Part shown: in pieces, positions 19,203 to 27,802 of the stretch
Layout of the letters: each line of letters starts with the position of its first letter
Position numbering within the stretch: the first letter of the stretch is position 1
Source: a virus
Taxonomy: Duplodnaviria; Caudoviricetes
Direction: 5' to 3' (one strand)
DNA length: 59,246 nt
Virus record (IMG/VR): IMGVR_UViG_3300029309_000034
Location: 1 to 59,246 of that record
Made by a program: the position numbers and the translations under genes
Notes under the pieces: model-generated
What the model was told of the DNA's origin: nothing
The model's input: the letters and a program-made list of their open reading frames with translations, nothing else
Database searches by the model: none

Positions 19203-19402
19203 TAGTAGAGGCAAAAAAATTAGATGATGGTACAATACAATGTAAATATGAAGTAAACTTAGAGTGTTCAGATTGTGGGCTAACTGTAGACGCAGAAGAA
19301 TACGAATCGGGAACTTGCTCAGATTGTGGTGCCACGTGGAATCAGAAGAAACATACTAAGATTCACGTAACAAGTGTTCCATTAGCAGGTAAATCAAGCT
19401 AA
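19199..19402 (+). CDS. Zinc-ribbon protein
   Basis: Two CSDCG motifs; ATGA coupling. Confidence 0.7.
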   Translation: MIVEAKKLDDGTIQCKYEVNLECSDCGLTVDAEEYESGTCSDCGATWNQKKHTKIHVTSVPLAGKSS

Positions 19403-19414
19403 TAGGAGGAGAAA

Positions 19415-20692
19415 ATGGCTAGTACATATTCAGATTTAAAAATAGAACTAATTGGTACTGGAGAACAATCAGGTAGTTGGGGTACAACTACTAATACTAA
19501 TTTAGGCACAGCATTAGAAGAAGCGATTGCGGAGTCAGTCGATGTAACATTTTCAAGTGGTACAATTACTCTTACCTTAACAAACTCAAACGGAACACAG
19601 TCGGCCCGTCATTTAAGGCTTAACTTGACAGGCACGTCAGGTGGAGCACAAAACTTAGTAGTACCAGCAATAGAAAAACCATACTTAGTTAATAATGGTT
19701 GTGCTGATGCAATCACTGTAAAAACTTCTGGAGGTTCAGGTATTGCTGTTCCTGCAGGTAAAACTATGTGGGTTTACGTTGATGGTACTAACGTAGTAGA
19801 TGCAGTTACTGCTTTATCATCTTTAAAAGCAGATGGTGGAGTAACAGTAGATAATATGACCATTGATGGCACAGAGATTGATTTAAGCTCAGGTGATTTA
19901 ACACTAGATGTAGCAGGAGATATTGTTTTAGACGCTGATGGTGATGAAGTTATTTTTAAAGATGGAAGTACGAATGTCGGTCATGTAAGCATGGATAGCG
20001 ACAACCTAACCATAAAATCTTTGGTTAGCGACAAGGATGTCATCTTTCAAGGAAATGATGGTGGGAGTGGTATTACAGCTTTGACACTTGATATGTCAGA
20101 GGCAGGAGAAGCTACATTTAATGCAGGTCTTACAGCTCCTGGCACCATAACTTCTTCGGGTACACTGGCTGTTACTGGAAATCTAACTTTTGATGGTGCT
20201 TCAGGTACATCTGGACAAGTGTTAACATCAGCTGGTAGTGGAGCAACCCCTACATGGGCTACTGCTGTGCCATCAGGTGTAATTATGTTATGGTCAGGTG
20301 CCACTGATGCTATTCCTACTGGATTTGTAATATGTGATGGAAACAACTCAACACCTGATTTAAGAGATAGATTTGTAGTTGGTGCAGGTTCAACTTATTC
20401 TGTAAATGATACAGGTGGTTCAGCTGCAATAACTCCAGCAGGTACAAACGCTGGAACAGCTTTATCAACAGCTCAATTACCATCTCATACTCATTCTACA
20501 GATATTCAACAAGCTCAGTTTGGCACAGGAAGCGAAACTAGAGTGGCACAAGGTGGTGGTGCTAATATATCTTTACAAACTTATACATCAGCTTCAACAG
20601 GTAGTGGAGATACTCACACTCACACTTTTAGTGGTAATTCACAAAGTAACTTACCACCGTACTTTGCATTAGCATATATAATGAAAACTTAA
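19415..20692 (+). CDS. Tail fibre with tail-collar domain
   Basis: GEQSGSWGTTTNTNL start; PSGVIMLWSG..IPTGF..CDG..TPDLRDRFVVGAG collar; HTH metal motifs; NLPPYFALAYIMK end. Confidence 0.8.
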   Translation: MASTYSDLKIELIGTGEQSGSWGTTTNTNLGTALEEAIAESVDVTFSSGTITLTLTNSNGTQSARHLRLNLTGTSGGAQNLVVPAIEKPYLVNNGCADAITVKTSGGSGIAVPAGKTMWVYVDGTNVVDAVTALSSLKADGGVTVDNMTIDGTEIDLSSGDLTLDVAGDIVLDADGDEVIFKDGSTNVGHVSMDSDNLTIKSLVSDKDVIFQGNDGGSGITALTLDMSEAGEATFNAGLTAPGTITSSGTLAVTGNLTFDGASGTSGQVLTSAGSGATPTWATAVPSGVIMLWSGATDAIPTGFVICDGNNSTPDLRDRFVVGAGSTYSVNDTGGSAAITPAGTNAGTALSTAQLPSHTHSTDIQQAQFGTGSETRVAQGGGANISLQTYTSASTGSGDTHTHTFSGNSQSNLPPYFALAYIMKT

Positions 20693-20702
20693 AGGAGTTG
20701 AT

Positions 20703-20846
20703 ATGAAATATATTTTAACATTTATAACAATAACTTTTTCAAACACAGCATGGGCACACCACGAATCATTTATGTATGATACTAATTATCTTGTCCTTGC
20801 TTTGGTAATGTTGTTTTTTACTTTACTCAATAGGAGTACAACATGA
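20703..20846 (+). CDS. 47-aa signal-peptide/membrane peptide upstream of the holin (not in ORF track)
   Basis: AAGGAG RBS; MKYILTFITITFSNTAWA-HHES..YLVLALVMLFFTLL; ATGA overlap with the holin. Confidence 0.6.
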   Translation: MKYILTFITITFSNTAWAHHESFMYDTNYLVLALVMLFFTLLNRSTT

Positions 20847-21220
20847 TTGGACTAATAGTAAATGGTTTAAGTAAAGCGGTTGGAGGATACTTTGAGCACT
20901 CTGCTAAAAAATCTAAAGCTAAATCTGATTTGAAGATTGCAGAAATAGAAGCAAAAACTGCTGTAAAAAGAAAAGTTGCAGAAGGTAAAGTTGAGTGGGA
21001 AACCGCTATGGCAAAGGCTTCTGACGATTCCTGGAAAGATGAGGCTTGGACTCTCACGTTTATAGCCATAATAATTTTTAGCTTCATACCATACTTTCAA
21101 CCATTTGTTGCTAGAGGTATTGAGTTCTTAGCTACATTTCCAGAATGGTTACAATGGAGCATAATGGCAAGTATTGGAGCGTCCTTTGGACTTAAATCTA
21201 TTGGTAAATTTACAAAGTAA
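20843..21220 (+). CDS. Holin (3TM-type)
   Basis: SWKDEAW motif, hydrophobic helices, SFG.K end; adjacent to the endolysin. Confidence 0.7.
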   Translation: MIGLIVNGLSKAVGGYFEHSAKKSKAKSDLKIAEIEAKTAVKRKVAEGKVEWETAMAKASDDSWKDEAWTLTFIAIIIFSFIPYFQPFVARGIEFLATFPEWLQWSIMASIGASFGLKSIGKFTK

Positions 21221-21594
21221 TGTTTAAGCTATCTAAAAAATCAATAGCTAAACTAGATGAGGTGCATCCAGACTTACAAAAGTTAGTTAAAAGTGCTATA
21301 GGTTTATCAACTATGGACTTTGGTATTAGTGAAGGGTTGCGTAGTAGAGAAAGGCAAAAAGAATTGTTTGATGATGGCAAAAGTCAAACTATGAACTCAA
21401 GACATCTTACAGGTCATGCGGTAGACGTGTATGCATGGAAAGATGGTGCAGTATCTTGGGAGTTTGAGGATTATGAAACAATTAATATTGCTTTTAGTCA
21501 AGCGTCAAAACTTACAAATATAGATTATGTGTGGGGTGGTTCGTGGAAGTCTTTTAAAGATGGACCACATTTTGAACTAAGAAGAGAAGGTTAA
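21220..21594 (+). CDS. Endolysin, M15 peptidase (L-Ala-D-Glu endopeptidase-like)
   Basis: EGLRS..RQ, SRHLTGHAVD, WGGSW..F.DGPHFEL zinc-peptidase motifs. Confidence 0.9.
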   Translation: MFKLSKKSIAKLDEVHPDLQKLVKSAIGLSTMDFGISEGLRSRERQKELFDDGKSQTMNSRHLTGHAVDVYAWKDGAVSWEFEDYETINIAFSQASKLTNIDYVWGGSWKSFKDGPHFELRREG

Positions 21595-21595
21595 A

Positions 21596-23758
21596 GTGCT
21601 AAAGAAACTCGTATTTCAACCAGGTATTAATAGAGATAGAAGTAGCTATTCTTCCGAGGGTGGCTGGTACAACTGCGACAAAATAAGATTTAGACAAGGT
21701 TATCCTGAGAAGATAGGTGGTTGGAAGCCAATCAACATCACTAGATATGTTGGCACGGCTAGTAGCATGATACAGTATGGAACTTCAGACGGGAACCAAA
21801 TAATTAGTGTGGCTACTAATGAAAAAAATTATATCATTAAAGGTACCGCTCTCACTGATGTGACTCCTCTGAGGGATACTTACACCACGTCTACTACTCC
21901 GTCAACAGACAACTGTTTTGCAACCACAGATGAGTCAACTACGGTGGTAGTGACGATTACGGGTCATGGTGCTTCAGAAGGTGATTATGTAACTTTTAGT
22001 GGCTCTGCTGCTGTTGGTGGTGTATCTGCTGCTAACTTAAATACAGAGTTTAAAATAGCTAATGTTACAAGTAACACTTTTGAGATTACAGTTGCAGCTG
22101 CAGCCACATCTACAGTTTCTTCAGGTGGTGGCACGGGTATATCAGCAGCTTTTCAATTTCCTGTAGGTAACGCTAATGTTGAATTTGGTTACGGTTGGAG
22201 TGCAGGAGCGTGGAATAGAAACACTTGGGGTTCTGCTAGTGATACCCCTGTAGATTTACCACCAAGAATAACATTCCAAGACCAATTTAATAATGATGTA
22301 ATTTATAATATTGAAGATAATGACATATTTTTCTTTGATTATGATGCTTCAATATCAAACCGAGTTGTTAAATTAAATACATTAGTTGGCTCAAGAGCAG
22401 TACCAGAGCAAGTTGGTAAAGTTATGTTTGCTTCTAGTGGACATTTACTTTGTTTGCGTGGTACTTCTTATGCACGTGCTTTTACTGCAGGAGCTTCTAT
22501 ATCTAGTATTACTAGGTCTGGCACTACAGCTACAGTAACTACAGGTTCAGGACACGGCCTAGCAATTAGAGATTGGGTAGAATTTAGTGGTCAAGCACCA
22601 CAAGCATATCAAGGAGAGTTTCAAGTATTGACTGTACCATCAGGCACTACTTTTACGTTTACTTTGCCATACGACCCAGGTGGAAGTGCAAGTCCAGTAG
22701 GCACTTATCAAAAGATAGATTATTCAGGAACTTTTGACCCAATGCTCATAAGATGGGCTAATGTAGATACCGATATAGGACCTCAACCCGAAGAGTGGAA
22801 ACCAGAAATTACTAACTCTGCTGGATTTATACGGGTAAAACAGGGTTCACAAATTATTACTGGATTTAGAACTAGACAAGAGGTACTTATTTTTACTGAT
22901 ATTGCATTATCAACATTACAGTTTTTAGGGACAGAAGAAGTATTTGCTATTCAAGAAATTAGTGACAGTATAAATATTATAGCTCCTAAAGTAGTAGCAG
23001 AGGCAAACAATGTTGTTTACTGGATGGGGGTAGATAAATTCTTCGCTTATGATGGTAGAGTTAATACCTTGCCGTGCACTGTAAAACAGTATGTGTTTGA
23101 AGATATGAACAAAGATAGTGGGTTTTTAAATTTTGCTGGTATCAACAGTGAGTTTAACGAAGTCATTTGGTTCTACTGTTCAGGTGGTTCTAATAGTATA
23201 AATAGATATGTCATTTACAACTATGAAGAAAAAATTTGGTATTTTGGTAATTTAACTAGAACAGCATGGGCTAATACTGGAACTATTAAGTTTCCATTAG
23301 CTACTTTTGATGGTTATGTATATAGACATGAAGATGGCAAAGATAATGTCGTTGCACCTGGTGATAGTCCAACTGCCATATCAGCATTTATTGAGTCAGG
23401 GGATATGGGTATTGATGAAGGAGATTCATTTATATTAACTAAGAGAGTTATACCTGATGTAAACTTCACTAACTCTGATACCTCAACCGCACAAGGAGTG
23501 GCTTTGACACCAGAAGTGCAAGTAACAGTAGGAGTTAGAAACTTCCCTGGTGCTGCTACTAGCACAACTGATGTTGTCAGTAATACTCTATCTAGAGATG
23601 TTATCACTACGGCTACTGTTGACGAATACACTAATCAAGTGTTTGTAAGAGCACGAGGTAGACAGATGAACTTTAAAATAGCTAGTGAAGATATTGGAGT
23701 GCAGTGGCAACTCGGTACAACTAGAGTAGACTTTAGACCAGACGGTAGGAGAGGATAA
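21596..23758 (+). CDS. Tail nozzle / DNA stabilisation protein (P22 gp10 / tubular B-like)
   Basis: 720 aa; RFRQGYPEKIGGW start, beta-propeller-like body, RARGRQ...RPDGRR end. Confidence 0.7.
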   Translation: MLKKLVFQPGINRDRSSYSSEGGWYNCDKIRFRQGYPEKIGGWKPINITRYVGTASSMIQYGTSDGNQIISVATNEKNYIIKGTALTDVTPLRDTYTTSTTPSTDNCFATTDESTTVVVTITGHGASEGDYVTFSGSAAVGGVSAANLNTEFKIANVTSNTFEITVAAAATSTVSSGGGTGISAAFQFPVGNANVEFGYGWSAGAWNRNTWGSASDTPVDLPPRITFQDQFNNDVIYNIEDNDIFFFDYDASISNRVVKLNTLVGSRAVPEQVGKVMFASSGHLLCLRGTSYARAFTAGASISSITRSGTTATVTTGSGHGLAIRDWVEFSGQAPQAYQGEFQVLTVPSGTTFTFTLPYDPGGSASPVGTYQKIDYSGTFDPMLIRWANVDTDIGPQPEEWKPEITNSAGFIRVKQGSQIITGFRTRQEVLIFTDIALSTLQFLGTEEVFAIQEISDSINIIAPKVVAEANNVVYWMGVDKFFAYDGRVNTLPCTVKQYVFEDMNKDSGFLNFAGINSEFNEVIWFYCSGGSNSINRYVIYNYEEKIWYFGNLTRTAWANTGTIKFPLATFDGYVYRHEDGKDNVVAPGDSPTAISAFIESGDMGIDEGDSFILTKRVIPDVNFTNSDTSTAQGVALTPEVQVTVGVRNFPGAATSTTDVVSNTLSRDVITTATVDEYTNQVFVRARGRQMNFKIASEDIGVQWQLGTTRVDFRPDGRRG

Positions 23759-23943
23759 TGTCAAATATACCATCAACCAAAGGACCTAACTTAGCTAACC
23801 CACCAACAGAGTATGATGCAGGACAAGAACTACAGCTAGTAAATCAGTTGCGTCTATACTTTAACCAAATAGACGGTAACAATAATGAAGTAAAAGAGAG
23901 TGTAGATGCACTAGCTACATTGAATTGGTTGGGGGACAACTAA
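23758..23943 (+). CDS. Small tail protein
   Basis: P.L..PP.EYD...LRLYFNQID; TAATG coupling on both sides. Confidence 0.7.
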   Translation: MSNIPSTKGPNLANPPTEYDAGQELQLVNQLRLYFNQIDGNNNEVKESVDALATLNWLGDN

Positions 23944-24710
23944 TGGCACAGAATATTACTAAAAGACGTGGTAAGTCTTCAATCAAAACAAGATTGGAAC
24001 AAGAGCGTAAAGCTGCTAGACTAGACCCTGCAGGTAAAAAAGCATTTACAAAAGGACTCGACACTGCAGCAGAACTACTTGCTTATGGTGTGCCTATAGG
24101 TGTCGTTGGTAACTTAAGTGCTAAAGCGGCAACTAAATTATTAACTAAATATAAAAAATATCAAAAATTTCAAAACACTCCAAGCATATCCTTATATAGA
24201 GGTGAGCCTGTTATGAAAAAGTCATTTGGTAGAACAAAACAATTACTAAAACAAAATCCTCAAACAGGAAAGTGGTATACTACAAATAAAGATTATGCTA
24301 GAGACTATGCTGGTGGTTCTGTATTAGATAATAAAGGTGAACCCAAAGCATTTAGAATACTTAAAGAAGTAAAAGTTAGTCCAAAAGAATTTAAAAAATT
24401 ACAAAAAGGTATGGTGGATAAAAAACAACCTTTTGCAGGGAGTCAAGTAAAACATTTAAAGAAATATTTAAAATTTAAACCTAATAGAACAGTAGCCCCT
24501 ACCTCTAAAGTAATGGACTCTATTGGCGGTGGGATGAAACAAGGTAAAGATTTTCATGGAACTATTCCTGGTGAAATTAGAAGACGAGCAAAAGTGATAC
24601 CAAAAGCAAAAGGAGGCGTGGTTAAAAAACGTGCTGTTAGTAAACGTGTTAACGTAACTAGAGGAGATGGTATAGCTAAACGTGGTAAAACAAGAGGGAG
24701 AATGGTCTAA
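23943..24710 (+). CDS. Basic protein with ADP-ribosyltransferase-like motifs and C-terminal RGDGIAKRGKTRGRMV tag
   Basis: ATG at 23943 coupled to the upstream stop; LYRGE and GKWYTTNKDYARDYA; AKGG then tag. Confidence 0.6.
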   Translation: MAQNITKRRGKSSIKTRLEQERKAARLDPAGKKAFTKGLDTAAELLAYGVPIGVVGNLSAKAATKLLTKYKKYQKFQNTPSISLYRGEPVMKKSFGRTKQLLKQNPQTGKWYTTNKDYARDYAGGSVLDNKGEPKAFRILKEVKVSPKEFKKLQKGMVDKKQPFAGSQVKHLKKYLKFKPNRTVAPTSKVMDSIGGGMKQGKDFHGTIPGEIRRRAKVIPKAKGGVVKKRAVSKRVNVTRGDGIAKRGKTRGRMV

Positions 24711-25048
24711 TGGCATTTCAAAAGATTACACCAATAAGATTAGCTCAAGCAGCAAGCACTACAGCTTTTTTGGCTATTTACACTTGCCCAACTAACACTC
24801 GTACTTATGTAAAAGATATAACAGTATGTAACACTACAAGTGGAGCAGTGACTTTGTTTGTAAGTTTAGTGCCTGACCAAGGCACAGCAGGAACAGCAAA
24901 CGCATTATTTAGTGGAGAGAGTATAGCTGCAAATACTACTTTTCAATGGAAGGGTACACAGATTTTAAATGCAGCAGAAACTATACAGTTTAAAGGTGGT
25001 GCAACAGGTTTAACAATTCACGTATCAGGGGCTGAAGCCGTTGATTAA
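24710..25048 (+). CDS. Small beta-sandwich tail protein
   Basis: IYTCP..T.T.VK.I.VCN pattern; TAATG coupling. Confidence 0.7.
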   Translation: MAFQKITPIRLAQAASTTAFLAIYTCPTNTRTYVKDITVCNTTSGAVTLFVSLVPDQGTAGTANALFSGESIAANTTFQWKGTQILNAAETIQFKGGATGLTIHVSGAEAVD

Positions 25049-25075
25049 GGTTATAAAAAGGTTATAATGACGCTA
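25041..25075 (+). promoter_or_regulatory. Sigma70-type promoter giving a probable leaderless transcript
   Basis: TTGATT (25041-46), 16 nt, TATAAT (25063-68); ATG at 25075 with no adjacent Shine-Dalgarno. Confidence 0.6.
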
Positions 25076-26100
25076 TGAGTTTAGGAAACATATTCAGAAC
25101 AATCGCACCAATAGCCGCAGGAGCTATGTTTGGACCTGGAGGTGCAGCGTTAGCTTCTGGTACCATGGGAACTGCTATTGCTGCAGGAGCTGCTACAGGT
25201 GCAGGGATTGCTGCATTATCAGGAGATGACCCTTTGATGGGTGCTGTTTCAGGTGGTTTAGGTGGTGCTAGTGGTTCAGGAATAGGAAAAGCTATGAGTG
25301 GAACTGCAGCTGTAGCTCCTACTACTGCAAACATTCCTTCAGGTATGTATGATGCAGCTTCGCCTACACTTGCTAATGCTGCAGGTCAGCTACCTGCACA
25401 AAATTCAGCTCTTATGGCACCATCTACTGGCACTAATTTTGGAGCTGGTACTATGAGAAATGTAACAATGCCAAATACAACACAAACCGTAGGTTCATTT
25501 GGTAAGCCATCAGACAGTACTTTCTTAAGTAGATTAGGTGGTGGCAGTGAACTTATGGGTGCTGGTAAATTAGGTGTTGCGGGTTTACCTGTGCTTGGTG
25601 CTGCAGCCATGCCAGATACTGCTAGCCCTGACAGTAATCCTATGAACAGATACGACCCTAATCGTAGATTAAATTTAAATATGACTACAGGTATTAGGAA
25701 TGCATTGATGAGAAATTCAGGACTAAGATTACAAGAAGGTGGTATTTTAGACCTACCAATGTCGGCTCCAGAGGAGATGGAGGCATTTAGAAGATTTGAA
25801 CAAGAGCGTCAACTTAGAGAATCAATGTCACCTAACATGAATAAAGGTGGTTATTTAGAGACAGGTATGGGTGATGGTGTATCAGATGAAATACCAGCTA
25901 GTCTTGATGGTGAGCAAGATGTTCTATTGTCAGAAAATGAATTTGTAGTACCCGCAGATGTAGTTAGTGGGTTAGGTAATGGCTCTTCAGATGCAGGAGC
26001 AGAGCAACTTTATGCTATGATGGATAGAGTTAGAAAAGCTAGAACAGGTACTAAAAAAATGGGAAGAGAGATAAACGCAGAGAGGTTAATGCCAGCTTGA
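25075..26100 (+). CDS. Internal virion / ejection protein
   Basis: Gly/Ala-rich hydrophobic N-terminus; GDGVSDEIPA.L...LSENEFVVPADVV domain; LQEGG and MNKGG motifs. Confidence 0.7.
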   Translation: MSLGNIFRTIAPIAAGAMFGPGGAALASGTMGTAIAAGAATGAGIAALSGDDPLMGAVSGGLGGASGSGIGKAMSGTAAVAPTTANIPSGMYDAASPTLANAAGQLPAQNSALMAPSTGTNFGAGTMRNVTMPNTTQTVGSFGKPSDSTFLSRLGGGSELMGAGKLGVAGLPVLGAAAMPDTASPDSNPMNRYDPNRRLNLNMTTGIRNALMRNSGLRLQEGGILDLPMSAPEEMEAFRRFEQERQLRESMSPNMNKGGYLETGMGDGVSDEIPASLDGEQDVLLSENEFVVPADVVSGLGNGSSDAGAEQLYAMMDRVRKARTGTKKMGREINAERLMPA

Positions 26101-26519
26101 AGAAAGCAACGATTGTTCCAAAAGAACATATCGCAGATGTTTGGGAAGATATAGAAGAGTATGTAAAAAACTGTGCTAAATATACATACGGTAGATTCAC
26201 CGAACAAGATATACTGAGAGATGTGTTATCAAAAGACCAGCAGTTATGGGTTTCATTTGATGTAGAAACTAAGGTAATTGTAGGATTTTTGATAACAGAA
26301 GTAGTACAGTATCCTCAAGCAAAGATGTTAGTGATGCATTTTACAGGAGGACAAGATTTTAAAAGTTGGGTGCCTGATGGCTTACCAAAAATACAAAAGT
26401 TTGCAAGAGATAACGGATGTATTAGGATAGAGTCACATGGCAGACCAGGTTGGGAAAAGATGTGGAAAGAATATGGATATAAAAAACGATTTGTATTCTA
26501 TGAATTACCAGTGGAGTAG
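26097..26519 (+). CDS. GNAT-fold-like virion assembly protein
   Basis: FAR.NGC..IE..GR.GW.K motif; position among ejection genes as for T7 gp13-like proteins. Confidence 0.55.
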   Translation: MKKATIVPKEHIADVWEDIEEYVKNCAKYTYGRFTEQDILRDVLSKDQQLWVSFDVETKVIVGFLITEVVQYPQAKMLVMHFTGGQDFKSWVPDGLPKIQKFARDNGCIRIESHGRPGWEKMWKEYGYKKRFVFYELPVE

Positions 26520-26522
26520 CGG

Positions 26523-27794
26523 ATGTTGTTAAAGTTAGTACCAAATAAATTAAAAGTATGGTTGATTAAGCAACTATACACAGACCTTGCATCTAAAGGT
26601 CGCATGGGTGATACCCGTTTAGCTCACGTTAATGATTATGAAGCTAAATTACTTAAATCAATAGGTGGCTCAGGTACAATCAACCCTGCTACAGGACTAT
26701 TTGAGTATGGTGGGGGTAGTGGTGGTGGAACCACTAAGTCAACCACAACTAACTTACCTGAGTACGCTCAACCTTTCTACGAAGAACTTTTAAAGCAAAC
26801 AGGTAGACAAACATACACCACAGACGCAGCAGGCAACGTTACAGGCGTACAAGATATACCACAGTATGAAGGCACTAGAGTTGTAGGGTTTACCCCAGAG
26901 CAAAGAGCAGTGCAACAAGGAGTTATGGCATTAGATACTCCTGGACAATTCGCTACTGCAGGTCAAACATTAGATGATTTGTCTACAGTGGGTACAGCAG
27001 CCGCAGCACGAGGTATCGCAGGTGCACTAGATTACACTCCTGGCACAGTAGAAAGTTTATCTATGCAAGCTCCTGGTACATTTGACCAAGCAGCTATGCA
27101 ACAGTACATGAGCCCATTTAGTGAAGCAGTAACAGATAGAGCTATATTAGAAGCTCAAAGACAAAGAGATATAGCTAAGAGTCAAGCAGCTATGGGTTCT
27201 ATTGGTAGAGGCACATTTGGTGGTGGACGAGAAGCGTTATTGACTGGAGAAGCTGATGCTCAAACTAGAGCATTAATAGCAGATTTAAGAGCTAAAGGAC
27301 AACAAGATGCTTTCTTAAATGCTCAACAACAGTTTGAAAGAGATAGAGCCGCTGGTATGAGAGCTGATGAACAGACTCTTGCAGCTGAAAGAGAAAGAAG
27401 ACAAATGGAGCAACAAGGCGGTCAGTTTAGTGCTCAACTACAAAGAGATTTAGGTCTTGGAGGATTGGGTACTGCAGTACAAACAGCTCAAGCTCAAAGT
27501 GGGTTAGGGCGAGATGCACAAATAGCTAATTTAGAAAGACTTAAAGCTCAAGCAGTAACTGCTGCACAACAACAAGCACTAGACCAAGAGATTGCAAACG
27601 TAGAGTTTCAAAAATTCAAAGAAGACCAAGATGCACAAAGACGATTATTGGAGTTTCAATCAAACATACTTCGTGGTCAAGCGGGTGCATTGGGTTCAAC
27701 ACAGGTGCAATACGCTCCACCACCTAGTCTAGCCAGTCAAATTACAGGTACAGGGATTGCAGGTCTTGGACTATATAGAGCGATGGGTGGTTAA
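26523..27794 (+). CDS. Internal virion / ejection protein
   Basis: GRMGDT.LAHV...EA.LLK..GGSGTINP.TGL.EY motif; Q/A-rich helices; hydrophobic Gly-rich end. Confidence 0.7.
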   Translation: MLLKLVPNKLKVWLIKQLYTDLASKGRMGDTRLAHVNDYEAKLLKSIGGSGTINPATGLFEYGGGSGGGTTKSTTTNLPEYAQPFYEELLKQTGRQTYTTDAAGNVTGVQDIPQYEGTRVVGFTPEQRAVQQGVMALDTPGQFATAGQTLDDLSTVGTAAAARGIAGALDYTPGTVESLSMQAPGTFDQAAMQQYMSPFSEAVTDRAILEAQRQRDIAKSQAAMGSIGRGTFGGGREALLTGEADAQTRALIADLRAKGQQDAFLNAQQQFERDRAAGMRADEQTLAAERERRQMEQQGGQFSAQLQRDLGLGGLGTAVQTAQAQSGLGRDAQIANLERLKAQAVTAAQQQALDQEIANVEFQKFKEDQDAQRRLLEFQSNILRGQAGALGSTQVQYAPPPSLASQITGTGIAGLGLYRAMGG

Positions 27795-27802
27795 GAAACA
27801 AC

